From positions 122,698,001 to 122,762,000 of the forward strand of contig CM068743.1 of assembly GCA_035084275.1 (NCBI GenBank): a stretch of DNA of 64,000 nt, in the 5' to 3' direction. The stretch comes from Hydrolagus colliei. Its lineage: Eukaryota. Both the position numbers and the translations under genes were made by a program. The notes beneath the pieces are model-generated. The model did not search any database. It saw only the letters and a list, made by a program, of their open reading frames with translations, and was not told the origin of the DNA. This document shows positions 11,710-24,532 of the stretch, in pieces (the stretch's first letter is position 1; each line of letters begins with the position of its first letter).

Positions 11710-12305
11710 CCAACAACAAAATTACATTCGTATAGTGCCTTTCATGTAAGGAGGACGTCCCAAGGCGCTGCACAGAAAGTGTTTCGGACTTGAGCTGTAG
11801 TTGGGATTGGGAAGGGTGGAGGGAAAGAAGATCAAGGGGGAGACCGATGGCACGATCAAGTAGGAGGGTCTTGAGGCTGGACTTGAAGGAAGGAGGCTAG
11901 GGTGGGGGCCAAGGCGGAGGGATTGTGGGATGGAAATCCAAAGCTTGGGGGCTGAGTGGCTGAAGGCTTACCTGCCGATAGTGGGTTGGTCGGGGGACAT
12001 GGAGCAGATTGGAGTCCGCTGAGTGGAGGGAGCTGACAGATCGGTAGTGAGTTAGGACGTCATAGAGATAGGGTAGGGAAGGCCATGGAGGGCTTTATAG
12101 CCAGGATGTATAATTGAATCCTCTGAGTGATGGGAAGCCAGTGGAGTCAGGTGAGAGTAGAGTGATAGGGACGTGGGGCCCGGTGTGGGAGAGGACGGGG
12201 GCTGCAGAGTGCTGGATGATCTGAGGCCTATGAAAGGAGGAGTACAAGGGGCCGACAAGCAGGGTATTTACATAGTCGAGCCTGGATGTGATGAAGGCAT
12301 GAATG
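11710..12305 (-). mobile_element. L2 fragment with tail
   Basis: HAFITSRLDY on the minus strand; (caa)n and stem-loop tail at 11710-11772. Confidence 0.85.
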
Positions 12306-12309
12306 AATC

Positions 12310-12660
12310 TCAAAGTACTTCATAGGATTTTACTGTCAATTGGAGTGACTGTATTTGCAGAACCTTTTATGCACAGCAATGTCCCACAAACACCAATGAA
12401 ATGAATGATCAATTATATTTGGGGGATTTGTGGCTAGATATCAGGAGAAACTCCCTACTCTATTTGAATAGTACCATAGGATCTCTAAGGGGCACCCGAA
12501 CAAGTTGATGGGATCTGAATTAATCTGAAGGATGATACTCCTGACAATGCAACAAATCCATAGTGCTGCATTCGAGTGTCAGCCTCGTCTGTGAGTTCAG
12601 TCCTGATCTGGGGGTTCAACCCCAAATCTGCTAATTCAGTGGCAAGAGTATTACCAACTG
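12310..12660 (-). mobile_element. Older SacSINE1-like DeuSINE
   Basis: Degenerate Deu core (cacagcaatgtcccacaaac) and tRNA-like head (ggcaagagtattaccaactga). Confidence 0.6.
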
Positions 12661-14679
12661 ATCTCCCATCAGCTGTGATCTGTTTTCAGGAAGTCAGGTG
12701 TTTATTCATGCCTAATTTTTAACATGAGGCATTGAACCCAGTCAATCTTATTGTACCTGACTCACAACATTTTGTGTAAATCTGCCTGTTCACCAGGTGG
12801 CTCTCTGTACTGTATTATAATTAAGGTCCTGTTTCTGACTTGAAGGAGAGAGTAGGTGTGGATGGCAAATAGGAATATTAAAGCAGGAAAGCAGCATGAA
12901 AACAGAGGCTGGTTGGTTGGCTAAGAAAGTAGGTTGAAAAGGAAAAGAACTGTTGAATAATCTATTGGGTTATACATACTGCCTGTCATTCCTGTGGATT
13001 GTAGGAGTTTCTGTTATTATTGCGTCTGCCTACCAGTATTAGAAGGTATTAATACCGAGACGTCTAGAAGATATGAAAAGCGCTATATCAAATGCAAAGA
13101 TTATCATTGTTATTATTAATAGGTGTTATATAGCATAAATGTTGCCCTTGAATTTTCAAAATGAAACATGCCCATCAATTTGTAATGACTCTTCTACTAT
13201 GCCGTCTGATCGGAAAATCCCTCGCAGGCCACTGGACTAATTTAAACAGCCCCTTGATGCTGTGTATGTGATTGAGTGGGCTGAAGGGCCTTTTTCATCC
13301 AAACCAATCTTGTGATCTATACAGCTAAGCACTGGACAGTACCGATACTTCAGAAACCTATGATGACATTGCACATCCCTTCCTATTTATCATCATGAAT
13401 CTGAGTTCTCTCAGACTGCACTTGGACTAGTAAGTAGATTTAAGGCATACTCGAACTTGCATCTTGCATGATGCTTAAAATTCCATTCAGACTTGGCCTG
13501 TAAAACCAATTTGTCTTGAATTGTCAAAATAGAAGCCTGTTTTCCAAAGTTCTTAAGCAAAAACTTCTAATTTAAGATGACATTGAAGAATTTTGTCCAC
13601 AATCCAGCAGGATCCAACAAGACAAATATTCTTTTACGGGCCTAAACTAGGTAAAATTTGAAGTAACTAGTGTGTGTGCATTCACCACAGAGTTGAGAGG
13701 TGCATTTTGTACTCAGTATCCCACATCAAACATTGCAATTTGTTAAAACTATAAATATGTAATGAAAATATATGCAATAGAGTGCACTATTACAGTGGAG
13801 CTCAGTTAAGATCCTTTTCCAGCTTCTCTTTAGCTGATAATAATGTTATATTCACATATACCACTCATTTTAAAATTCAATGTAGGGCACCACCTACATT
13901 GAAGAGAGGAAGAGACAAATTGATATAGCGAGTTGTGGGTAGATAGCATGAAGTTTGGATTTTGAAAGCCTCTTTATTGTAAGAGAAAGAGAGGATCAAT
14001 GTGGAGAAATAGCATCCATCCTACACCTATTGCTAAAAATAGGAATGTTTCATTAAGTGTTTATAATGGGGCTTCCCATTCTAAGCAAATAAGTGGAATG
14101 TTTCTATTTGTAGCTAGTGTGAATGGCATTAGTGAACTCTACAATCTTGGCGGCATTTGCATAGGAGTAACTTACAGCTTAATTAGAAGAATCTTCCTCA
14201 TGTTTCTTGAATTTTGGTACAGTACTTTGTTTGAACTTACTTGTGTTAAATATTCACTGACGTTGTATGTCTCTGTGGAATGAGTACAATTAAAAGTATT
14301 AATTTGCAAATAAATAATTGAGCACTTTGGTGGATGATGCTGCAGAGGCCAAAAGATTCCTGAAGAGAAATATCTGTTACACCTGTTTCCTTCTCCATTT
14401 TATTGCTCTATAACTCGTCATGAGACTCCCGGATGTCATTGTACTTTTAGGAAGAATGTACCCAGGTCTCCTTGTGTTCTGCTTGTTATGTTTGTTAGGT
14501 AGCCAAAAGAGAAATCAGTTTAATGGCATCTACTACAGCAGCCAGTCTACAAAGCCAAATTTAATGTCTCTTTAAACAGATATTTGGATAACCAATGGCA
14601 ACTGTTGATTCAAATAATATGAATTACCTAATTCTCATATCTAATTTGTGGGTTGGACTAACAATCAATGTGCAAAATA

Positions 14680-15112
14680 TAATAATAATCCTTGCATTTG
14701 ATCTAATGCTTTATCACACCAAAATGTTTCAAATGTGTTGCTCTTAATCTTAGGGACTGTATATTTGCAACAAACAGAATAGCCAGCTGCCACAGAGAGC
14801 CACAAACAGTGAGAAAGTGAATGGGTCTGGAGTGCTTTGAGATGTTTTCCTGTATCAATGGTGCTATTTGAATGTAAGTTATTGTTGGTGGTAGTCAATT
14901 TAACTGAAGGATTATTGGCCAATAGTCACTCACACAGTGTCTAGGATATTTGAAGAACCACCTGAATAGGGTGAAGACCTCATCTGAAGATCAGCAACTC
15001 TATCAACTCTACTTGCCAAATATTGCATTGGCATCTTAGACCATGAGCTCAAGTCACTGACAGAGGAATTGATCCAGCAACCTCCAGCCCAGAGGTGAGA
15101 TTGCTGCCAACG
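14680..15112 (-). mobile_element. Older DeuSINE remnant
   Basis: SINE tail at 14680, Deu fragments, head remnant agaggtgagattgctgccaac. Confidence 0.5.
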
Positions 15113-15514
15113 GTTTCATTGGGTGGAGTGGTCTGTTTTCATGTGATAACATTCTATGTAATTCTACGTAATATATGTAAATCATTTGTTTTTCTTTAAG
15201 ATGTAACGTGATATCTTATCTATTGCAAATATCAACGCCCTTCTTGCCATATGTCATCTGCACTGAATACGGTAGATGTAGCATGATATAGGCAAAAGCA
15301 TAATCAAAACGAAAGAGATGTCTGACTTGATGTAGCATTGCTTGACATGTACTGGAGTGTTATGAAGAGATTTTTTTTCCACACTGGATTACCAGGAAAT
15401 AAATTATTCCGATTATATTATGAACAATTTCTCTTTGAAGCCTGTATAATTTATGTGTATTCCAACAGCTCTCTGGTACTTTGTCCAAGTGGCCATTCTT
15501 CATGTATGAGTGGA

Positions 15515-15760
15515 GTGGAGTCCTGTAGCTCAGTACTGTAGTTAGACTACTCGCCTAATAAGCGAGAGACTTAGGTTTGATTGCCGCAGGTCAGGACAAA
15601 ACCTTGGGCAAGTTGTCTTACTCTATACACCTGATATTAATCCCTCAAAAAAAACACAATAATAAATTGGTCATTTCAATCCATGATTGTTTGTGGCACA
15701 CTACTGTGTGCAATTGGCTGCCGTGTTTCACCCACAAATATTACAGTTAATTCACTTTAC
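15515..15760 (+). mobile_element. tRNA/Deu SINE lacking its 3' tail
   Basis: Head gtggagtcctgtagctcag and Deu core; ends abruptly at ttcactttac, followed by a perfect hairpin. Confidence 0.85.
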
Positions 15761-16829
15761 TCTTCGTGTAAAGAGTTTGTTCACAGTGTGTGAACAAACT
15801 ATAAAGAAAGGCTTCCAAATTAAAGATTAAATTTAAGAATTTTCTATATTTCTAGCAAAAGTCACTTTAAAACAACATTGTAGCAGCTATGATCTGAAAC
15901 CATGTGCTTCAGAGGCTTATTTATCTGATTTAACATATTTAACAATTGCGAGGCGTAATGACCAGTTACATTGAGTTGCATCTCAAACTTTGAAAAACAA
16001 ATGCTGAATAAAAGGATTATAATAGTAAATGTTGACTGTATAATTTTTGTTGAGAGATCTTTGTCAAATTGTACTACAAATGAATAAGTATATTTAGTGC
16101 AACTAATTATTCAACTGCTGTCCAGTGTTTGCAAATAGCATCAATGTACAATATTTAAGAGAAAACCAGATGTTTACATGAGGAAGAAAGGAATAGAGTG
16201 ATAATAGGTGAAGGGACTAGGAGGTGTGGGGGGACTCGTAGATTGTAAACACCAGTTAGACTTGGTTGGTGGTCCGAAGGGCCTATTTTGAAGGTCTATC
16301 AACCTACGTAACTCTAGGTAACTACAGTATTCTGAATCTGCACTGCATAAATAATTTCAGACCTTACTTAAAAAATACCTTGTAATTAGCAGAATATGTT
16401 ATGGTGTTCTTACATTCATGTAGAATGAAATAATAAGATGTCTGTATGTGGCAAAAATTTTAAATTATTAATCATTCACATAACTCTCATAATGCTCTCC
16501 TCTCATCAATGAATTCTTTTGCTTTTACTTTTTCAATGGGGAAAGATTGATAAAGTGCTGTACGTGATACCTTTAAAGAACATTAGATTCATGAATCCAT
16601 AAACTCTTTAAAAAAGGAATTAGATAAATGTTTGAAGGGAAGCATGATGTAGACTGTGTGTATAAAACGAGAGCATGGGAAAGAATAACAAATGTGGAGT
16701 CAAGCATCAGTGATGGGCCAAATGGCCTATTGCTGCATTATTACGACTTTACGATAATAATAATAATCCTTACATTTCCTATAGCACTTCTTTCTTCAGG
16801 TGGAAATCTCAAACCCTTCAGAGGAGCCT

Positions 16830-17010
16830 TGGCAAGCATTGGTTTGATGGGGTACGGAATTTAGTGTGGGTGAGTATGTGGGTGGCAGTGTTTTGGATTA
16901 ATTGGATTTTATGGATAGTGGTGCTGAGAAGATCAGTGAGGAGAACATTTGAGTAGTCAAGGCGGGAGATAATAAACTCATGGACGAGGTTTCGGCTGCG
17001 TGACAGGACA
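16830..17010 (-). mobile_element. Old L2 internal fragment
   Basis: ISRLDYSNVLL..TTIHKIQLIQN. Confidence 0.75.
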
Positions 17011-17169
17011 AAACCAATGACTGGAACAGAATTTAAAAAGACAAATATTTGAAAAAGAATATAAAAACGTATAAGGAAAGGGTTAAATACTAGAATTAAA
17101 GAGATCCTTTTTATAAGGCCTGGCACAGACACAAGTGGTCTTCTGCACTGACAAATTCTATGATTCATT

Positions 17170-17760
17170 CTGGTGCAATTGGTAGAACTCTCGCATCTGA
17201 GTCAGAAAGTTGTGGGTTCCACATCCCCGGTCAGGAGTTGGAAATCATTCAGTCAAGTCTGACACTCTAATGTACTATTGTGGGGAATATTTTTGGAGCC
17301 AACAATATCTAAATAAAACTGATCATTCATAGCATAGCTCCCTACCAACCTGCCCGCCCCTCCGTTCAGTGGGCTCCGGTCTCCTCCATGCCTCCCGCCC
17401 GACCCACCCTACCTTTGATGGCCGGGCTTTTAGCCTCTCTGCCTCCACACTCTGGAACTCCATCCCACAGTCCCTTTGTCGCCCTCCTACCTCTTTCCCT
17501 CCGCTCCCCTCCCACCTACCCTGCCCCTCCCCTATGCTCAGGTCCTGACCTCTGACTGTTCAACCCCTTGGTACGTCGTCCCGACGTGAAGACCGCTCTA
17601 TAAATGCAATTATGTTGTTGTTGTTATGGGGCACTGCTGCATGCAAACTTTGTTGCGTTTAGCCACAAAACTGCAATCACTCCACTTTACTCCTGTGAAG
17701 TGCTCTGAAACGTCCTCCTGAAATGAAAGGTGCCATACTGAATGCAAGGATTATTTTTAC
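17170..17760 (+). mobile_element. SacSINE1-like DeuSINE interrupted by an L2 3' fragment (17338-17625)
   Basis: Head ggtagaactctcgcatctgagtcagaaagttgtgggttc; L2 piece ends in (ttg)n; Deu core and tail resume at 17626. Confidence 0.7.
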
Positions 17761-20296
17761 TATGATTCTACCTGCCTATGAAAGATCACAATAAGATTCA
17801 CGAGTGTGATTGCACTGAAAGTGGCTATACAAATGTAATTTTGTTGTTGATGATGTGAAGTAAAGTAGCCAAATTCCCATTCATTTTAAGGAAAGCTGAG
17901 TTGATAAGCTTTAGGGATGCAAAAGATGATATGTGTGTAGAAACATGGTTCAGGACCTTGCAATCCTTTTATTCAGCTGACTTATGTGAGTCTGTGACCG
18001 GCCCAGGTAGGAAAAAGAAAGTGATAAACCACCCTCAGTATAAAGTATGGTGCCATCCTGGTATCCAAATGTAATCAATGTTAATGCAAAACTAGATCCT
18101 CCTTTAATTGGATTCATGGCTGAGTAGCAATTTGCAGATCAGAACGTTTGATGAAGGGCACGAAGAAAGTAATTTATGAGGAACACCTCTAAATGGATGT
18201 TAATATCAGTATTCAGCAACAAATCCGCCTAGTATATTTTTAGCAAAAGCAGTTAGTGAGTGTCACACATCTGCCAACTACATTTGCAGAGAATTGCTAA
18301 AAGATGCATACTGTATTGCTAACCATTCTAAGCTTTGTGAAAAGGGCCCAAGTTAAAGGGAGCATTGACAAGAGTAAAGGAATAATATACTCCTTGTTTT
18401 GTTGAAAAACGCCTTAAAACGTGCCTATGGAGTATGTTATGCTCATAACGCTTCAAGTATGACTGCATTTGGAACATTAATTTCCAAAGATTATTGTCAA
18501 CATGCCTGAAAATATTGAATTTAGATCCACAGAGGCTTCTCAGTACTTTTGCATGCGTACCCGATCTGTTCAATACATATCTACCTCCCTGTCCAAAACG
18601 TTTGCGCCTATCTCATGTGAAATACTTACCCATCTCAAATAGCTCCCTTCAGATTAAAAAAATACTTGCTGGTATTTTTCCCAAAGTAGAATTTATTCTC
18701 AGCATATATTTCTACCATGACCTCCCTAAATTATTCCAGCAGTTAAATTTTAGTGAAATGTTAATTTGAACCTCATCCAAACAAATGGGGTTTGTTTACT
18801 TGGGGGAACTACAAAAGAAAACAATTCATAGCAAGATGAAGAATGAGATTATAATGTGATATACCCTTTCTCAATGTCCAAAATATAATTATTTTGCAAA
18901 TTAAAAATTTGTTGCCAGCTTTCTGAAATTAAAATTTGCAATATAAATATGGACTTGGAGTATTAACCATGTAGAGCATAAGGATTGGATTTATGCATAT
19001 ATTGCCCCAAACTACTTGTGAGATATTAACTATACTTATAATATAAAGCCAGTTAATATGCATCGGTGTCTCTTTCAGTTATAATGGTCTTTTGAGAGTA
19101 GCAGGCAGGCTTGAACAAGGAGACAAGTGCATTGGTTGATGTCATAGAAGTTTTACTTAGTTGCTCTGGGGATCAAGGAATATATGTATCAAGTTTCCCA
19201 ACTTACCCTTTCCTGCACTATCTCAATACTAAGGTGGATTTTGTGTGTTCTAGATTGTGCACAGAGTAAGTTAGATAAAGCATTTTTTTTTCTTATTCTG
19301 TACTTTACTGTGATTGTAGAGTGGGAGTAGATTTTTTTGTCAAAGTCTGATCTATCACATGAAATAAGAGTTGGCTGGAGGTTGACAGGAGGGTGACGGG
19401 ACTATAATATATTCTGAAGATTTATGTATACCACTTAAACGTCACTGCAGGGATTTATGACATCATCAGACTCCTGTATTGGTGGCAGAGCCCTGTAACA
19501 AGCTCCCAACCATCCATTAAATAACTATCAAAGCTGAATGCTCACGGCAGTTTTGTCTATGCTGCATCACATTTATTGCAGTTACTTTAAAACATTTCAC
19601 ATATTTTAAAGCTACATTAATGGACAGAAGGCTTTTAAATGAAAGAAAGAAGTCTTAAATCATTAAAATTAAACAAACTGGTTTGGTAAACAAGCAGACA
19701 CTTAAATGTAGATTACTTTGGGAGGCTTGTTGTCAATTTTTATTCAGCAGAACCTTCAGATGAACAAAAAAACTACCTTTAATTGCCTCTATCACTACCT
19801 ACGCTACTTATTACTGTAACAAACTTCTCCATGGGAACAGCTAAATATACTTCCCTTGTGGGTACTTCAAATGAAATGAGCCTGCACACAGCATTGCATA
19901 TGTCCATGGAAATTTCTGCATTGCTTAGAATAGACAAAACGGGATAATCCTGAGTGAAAGTCATTCCTTGCATGAGCTTTCTGCACATTTGATAATATTC
20001 CATACTATTTAAGGAACTTTATCTTCAACACTATTTGACAGTTAACTGGATAAAGTCACTGATAAGCAAATGCATGTTTTTTCAGATCCAACCTTGTATG
20101 GATCGATGTTTATACCTGTCAAGTAATTTCCATTGGGATCATGATTTAAGGAGAAAGAATCTCTGAATCCATTCTAGCTATTATTAGTTATCCATATCTA
20201 TAGGCTCAATGGTCCCCTGCAAGAAAAACATCTTGTATAATAGTCTTAATACAACCTACTGAGATTCAAAAGTTCACGAAATCTTTTATCCCAACT

Positions 20297-20612
20297 ATAA
20301 TAATAATCATTACATTTGATATAGCGCTTTTCACATCCTCTAGACGTCTCAAAGCGCTTCACAGAATATACTGTAAAGTGAATTGACTGTGTATTTGTGG
20401 GCGAAACGCAGCAGCCAATTACACACAGCAGTGTCCCACAAACAGTTGTGGATTTGAAATGACCAATTTTATTATTGTTTTTTGAGGGATTATTATTAGA
20501 CGTGTGGAGTAAGGAAACTTGCCCAAGGTTTCGCCCTGACCTGCCTAGATTCGAACACAGATCTCAAGCTTGTAAGGCGAGTGCTCTAACCACTGAGCTA
20601 CAGGACTCCACA
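20297..20612 (-). mobile_element. tRNA/Deu SINE, full length, young
   Basis: Close to the family consensus seen across copies; A and B boxes on the minus strand; (aat)n tail. Confidence 0.92.
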
Positions 20613-21036
20613 AAGTAACATGACCAGAAACATGAATACAATACTTTGTTCATTGTCTGTGAATTTTGCTTTGCTAATTCCACCCCCCACCACCTTTACC
20701 CCCCTCCCCCACCACCACTTCCCTCCTGAAGTAATTTGACTCCACATTTTACACTTTTGGGGTATGGTCCCTCAGGCATTGATGCCTCACCCAAGTGAGT
20801 ATTCTTTACATGTGAATTCTGGTTATTTTGTTGATAACTGTGGTCAGTTTATAACTTGAAGTCCAGCAACAAATATGATCCACCCCCAACACAATAGTTG
20901 GGTCCAAAGCCACGGTAGTGTCAATGGACTTGCTTGCTTGGTGGTGCCGAGTGCTATTTTCGTTAGGATTGACTTAGGGTTAGGGTTAAAAAAAAATCTG
21001 TTTTGTGTCCTATGAGCTAGCAATTCAATGCTTTAT

Positions 21037-21195
21037 ATAATAATAATAATCCTTGCATTTCTTATCGCACTTTTCATGTCTTCTCGATATCTCAAAGCTC
21101 TTCACAGAATATATTGCAAAATGAATTGAGTATATTTGTGGGTGAAACGCGACAGCCAAATGCACACAGCAGTGTTCCACAAACAGTCACGGCTT
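21037..21195 (-). mobile_element. 5'-truncated Deu SINE
   Basis: Tail and Deu core only. Confidence 0.8.
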
Positions 21196-22289
21196 GTGTC
21201 AATGAGCACAACAATGGGGCAAGTGATTTCAGGCTCCAACTATTATTATAGATCTGGCTAAGCTGTCACATTCATAGTTCTTCATTATTAACTGATCAAG
21301 TTGACTGGATTTATCAAGAACGTGACATTCTCTGGAACAGTATGTCTGAATAGAGACGTTGGTGGTCTCAGTAATCTGACAAGCTGCACATTGTTAGTTG
21401 GTTAAACTCCAACAGTATTCCAGCTCACAACATGGGCCCTACACGATTTGGCTATTGCCAACCTGTACCTAATAATCTACAGAATTAGCTAAACATGGTG
21501 CATCCTCCAGGGAGAGAGTACACATTGCCTTTCAGACACAGGAAAATGTCCATGTTTAGGCATCATTCGTACATAACATGTGAGAAACCTTTGCATTTAT
21601 TTACAAACACAAGTGGGTGACAGAAATTAAAATCATAGAATGTTATCATACAAGTTTTAAAGCACATAAGGAGGCTATATGGGCCATCACGTGTATCCTA
21701 TTGGGAACTCCCCTTATCTACTTATCTCCTCTAATCCAATTATTTTGCTAATTCTCCATATCCTTTAATTTAGCTATTATTTTCCCACAAATATTGCTTC
21801 AGTTCTCCTTTAAAATGTGGTTAGGGATTAGATTTTATTTGAATGTATTGAAGTAAACCATTCCATATTCCAACGCAGCACTTTAACTAAAAAAAATTCT
21901 ACCATCTTATTGTGATAATCCTCAATTTATGCCATTGTGTCAGTGACTCACTGAGCAGAGGAAGCGCATCCACATGATTGTGAAGAAACGCACAGGTCTT
22001 ATGGCTCTTCTTCCTCCTGAGACGAAAATAACATTTGTCACATCCTTTTTTTCCATGAAGGCATCTTTAAATAGAAAATCAAGACATCAAGCATAGAATT
22101 AGAAAATAAAAGATCTAAACTCATTTACAGTATACTATGCTGTAGATTTGTTGTGCCAATTAGCAATCGCTGTTACACTGTTAACTATCGGCATGTCAGT
22201 AAGCATAAGGTGGTGGAAATTATATACTTTTTTTAAAGCATGCTAATAGCTAAAATGAAAGCTCCTAGATTCCAAGATGAATTTATAAA

Positions 22290-22810
22290 TTATATGATTA
22301 ATTGTCTGTGTAATAGAAAAGAAGGAAGTTGTCAATGATAATAGTTCCAAATGGATATTTGTGACCAGTAGAATCCCCCAGGAGTTGGTCCTGGGACTCC
22401 TGTTCATAATTTTTATTAATGATCTTGAAGAAAGTATGATAAGTGGAATGTCTGTGTTTTGTAGATGACGACACGCAGTATGGAAGAGCAGGATGTTTCG
22501 AGGACAGGGATATCAATCAGAGATCCATCGGCAGCAACTGTGCAAATGAATGTCAAGTGGCATTTAATAACAAGAAATGTAATGTAATGCACAGTTAGTG
22601 ATAAAAATGGCCAATTTGATGTACACTGAAGGATATATCACTATGTAAAGTCCTTAAGGAAAAATAATTGAATGGTCTAGTTATTCAGATTTGAAAGTCT
22701 CATCATATTGTAACGGGAGCAATTGGCAATTCAAACACAATGTTAGGGTGTATAAGTTTAATCATAGAATATAAGTCTATGGAGGTTTAAACTATCTTCA
22801 TGAAGTCACT
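22290..22810 (+). mobile_element. Old CR1 reverse-transcriptase remnant
   Basis: VTSRIPQELVLGLLFIIFINDL..DD, a degenerate GVPQGSVLG..YINDL..FADD. Confidence 0.75.
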
Positions 22811-22927
22811 TTATCTTGTTACCTATGTCTGTTTCTCTCTTTTGGCCTTCAGAAATATCCGTTTGACTATATCTTTGGTCAACACCTTTAGATCTCTAAT
22901 CCTCTATTCCTCAGTATCCCTCATTAT

Positions 22928-23465
22928 AACAACAATATATTGCATTTATATAGCACCTTTCATGTCAGGAGGACATCCCAAGGTGCTGGACAATCAAGGG
23001 TTTGTACCCGAGCAAGGGACCAAGACGGGAGAGACTGGGGGGAGAGATGACCAAAGGAAACAGAAGGTCTTGAGATAGAGAAAGAGGCTTTGGAAGGGGT
23101 AAGGTGAAGGGATTCAGGAATAGAGGCAGAAAGCCTATAAACACAAGTACTGATGTGTGGAACAGCAGGGCGGGTAATGTGAAGCAGGCTAGTGCTGCAG
23201 AGGAGAGGGAAAGGATCAGTTGGTAAGGTTTTAGAAGGTCATAAAAGGTAGGGTGGGTCAAAAGCATAGAAGACTTTAAAAGTGAGGATAAGAATCTTGA
23301 ACTCAATCAAGATAGGGGATTACGAGCCAATATAATTGGCGGAGGATGCAAATGGCAGGTTTATGTGAGGGAGGGGACATTAGCTGCAGAATTTTTGAAC
23401 AGATTGTAGTTTGTGGAGGGAAGAATTTGGAAAACAGGCAAGCATACTGTTGGCATACTCCAGCT
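22928..23465 (-). mobile_element. Old L2 3' fragment
   Basis: Stem-loop tail at 22930-22990; IEFKIL-like segment near 23300. Confidence 0.7.
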
Positions 23466-23469
23466 TGTG

Positions 23470-24532
23470 AACCACTCTATCCTCCTCCACTGCCTCTCCT
23501 CACACCTTAACTTTCAAAATTCTATCCTTGACTGGTTCAGAGCATATCTCTCACACTAGCTCCACTTTGTTTCCCTAAACGGCTTCTCCTCCAGCCACTG
23601 CACCATCTTGTGTGGTGTTCCTCAAAGCTCTGTCCTCAGTCTTCCCCTCTTCAACCTGTACATATTCCCTCTTGATGACAGCATCTGCAGACATGGGGTC
23701 AACTTCCACGTATATGTGGATGACACCCAACTCTATCTCTCTGCCTCTACCCTCGACCCCAGGAGCACTGCTATCATGACAGAATATCTGTCAGACATCA
23801 AGTCCTGGATGAGAACCAGTTGAACGTCAGCCAGACCGAGGTCCCCCTGATTGGCTCATGCCAGCACCTTCGCACCCCATGCACTTGCAGCATCAGCATC
23901 CACAGATACACATTCCACCTCACTGAGCCAGTCAGGAACCAACGCATCTTGTTCGACCAACTATCCTTTCTCCCCCACATGCATACAATCACCCACTCTA
24001 CCTTCTCCCACCTCCCCAGAATTGCCCAACTCAGCCACTGCCTCACCCACCAGGCCACCAAAACCCTTATACATATCTTCATTACAACCAGCCAGCCTGC
24101 GTTTTGACCTTCCTAACTCTCCCCTCCACTTCTCTTCCTGCAGGTCATCCAGAATTCTGCAGCTCATGTCCTCTCCCGCACCAGGCTCCGTGATCCCATC
24201 ACGCCTGGCTCCACTGGCTCTGCATCCCTCAGATGATCAAGTTCTCATTCTCACCTTCAAGACCCTCCATGGCCTTACCTCTCCTACCTGTCCGCCCTTA
24301 TCAACCTCTCCGCTCCTCTGCTCAGCAGGCTGTGTCCTGCTCTATGTCCCCTGCCCAGCCCACCACACCATCGGCGGTCCGGCCTTCAACCTCTTTGTCC
24401 CCACCCCCTCCTCCCACCTCATCCCCCCATTCTGTAACACCCACATTCCCTTCACCTTTCTCCCTCCCTTGCCTTAGGACATCCTACTGACATAGAAGGT
24501 GCTTTATGAATGCAATAGATGGTTTTTGTTGT
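23470..24532 (+). mobile_element. Old L2 with part of the RT core, frameshifted
   Basis: [27 protein letters not shown], then C-terminal motifs and tail. Confidence 0.88.

Noticed and set aside
17977-18006. 30-nt plus-strand exon candidate (ttttattcag|..GGCCCAG|gtagga)
   Set aside because: Isolated, peptide unrecognised; shows how often such patterns arise by chance
18630-18725. Minus-strand KFYFGKNTSKYFFNL resembling the L1/Tx1 GEKNTKYF motif, or an exon ending at a perfect gtaagt donor
   Set aside because: No flanking L1/Tx1 motifs; in-frame stop before the donor; weak acceptor
19779-20003. 74-aa ORF in unique sequence
   Set aside because: No domain similarity I can recognise and no coherent splice structure
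20974-20988. TTAGGG repeats
   Set aside because: Only about two units; too short to call an interstitial telomere
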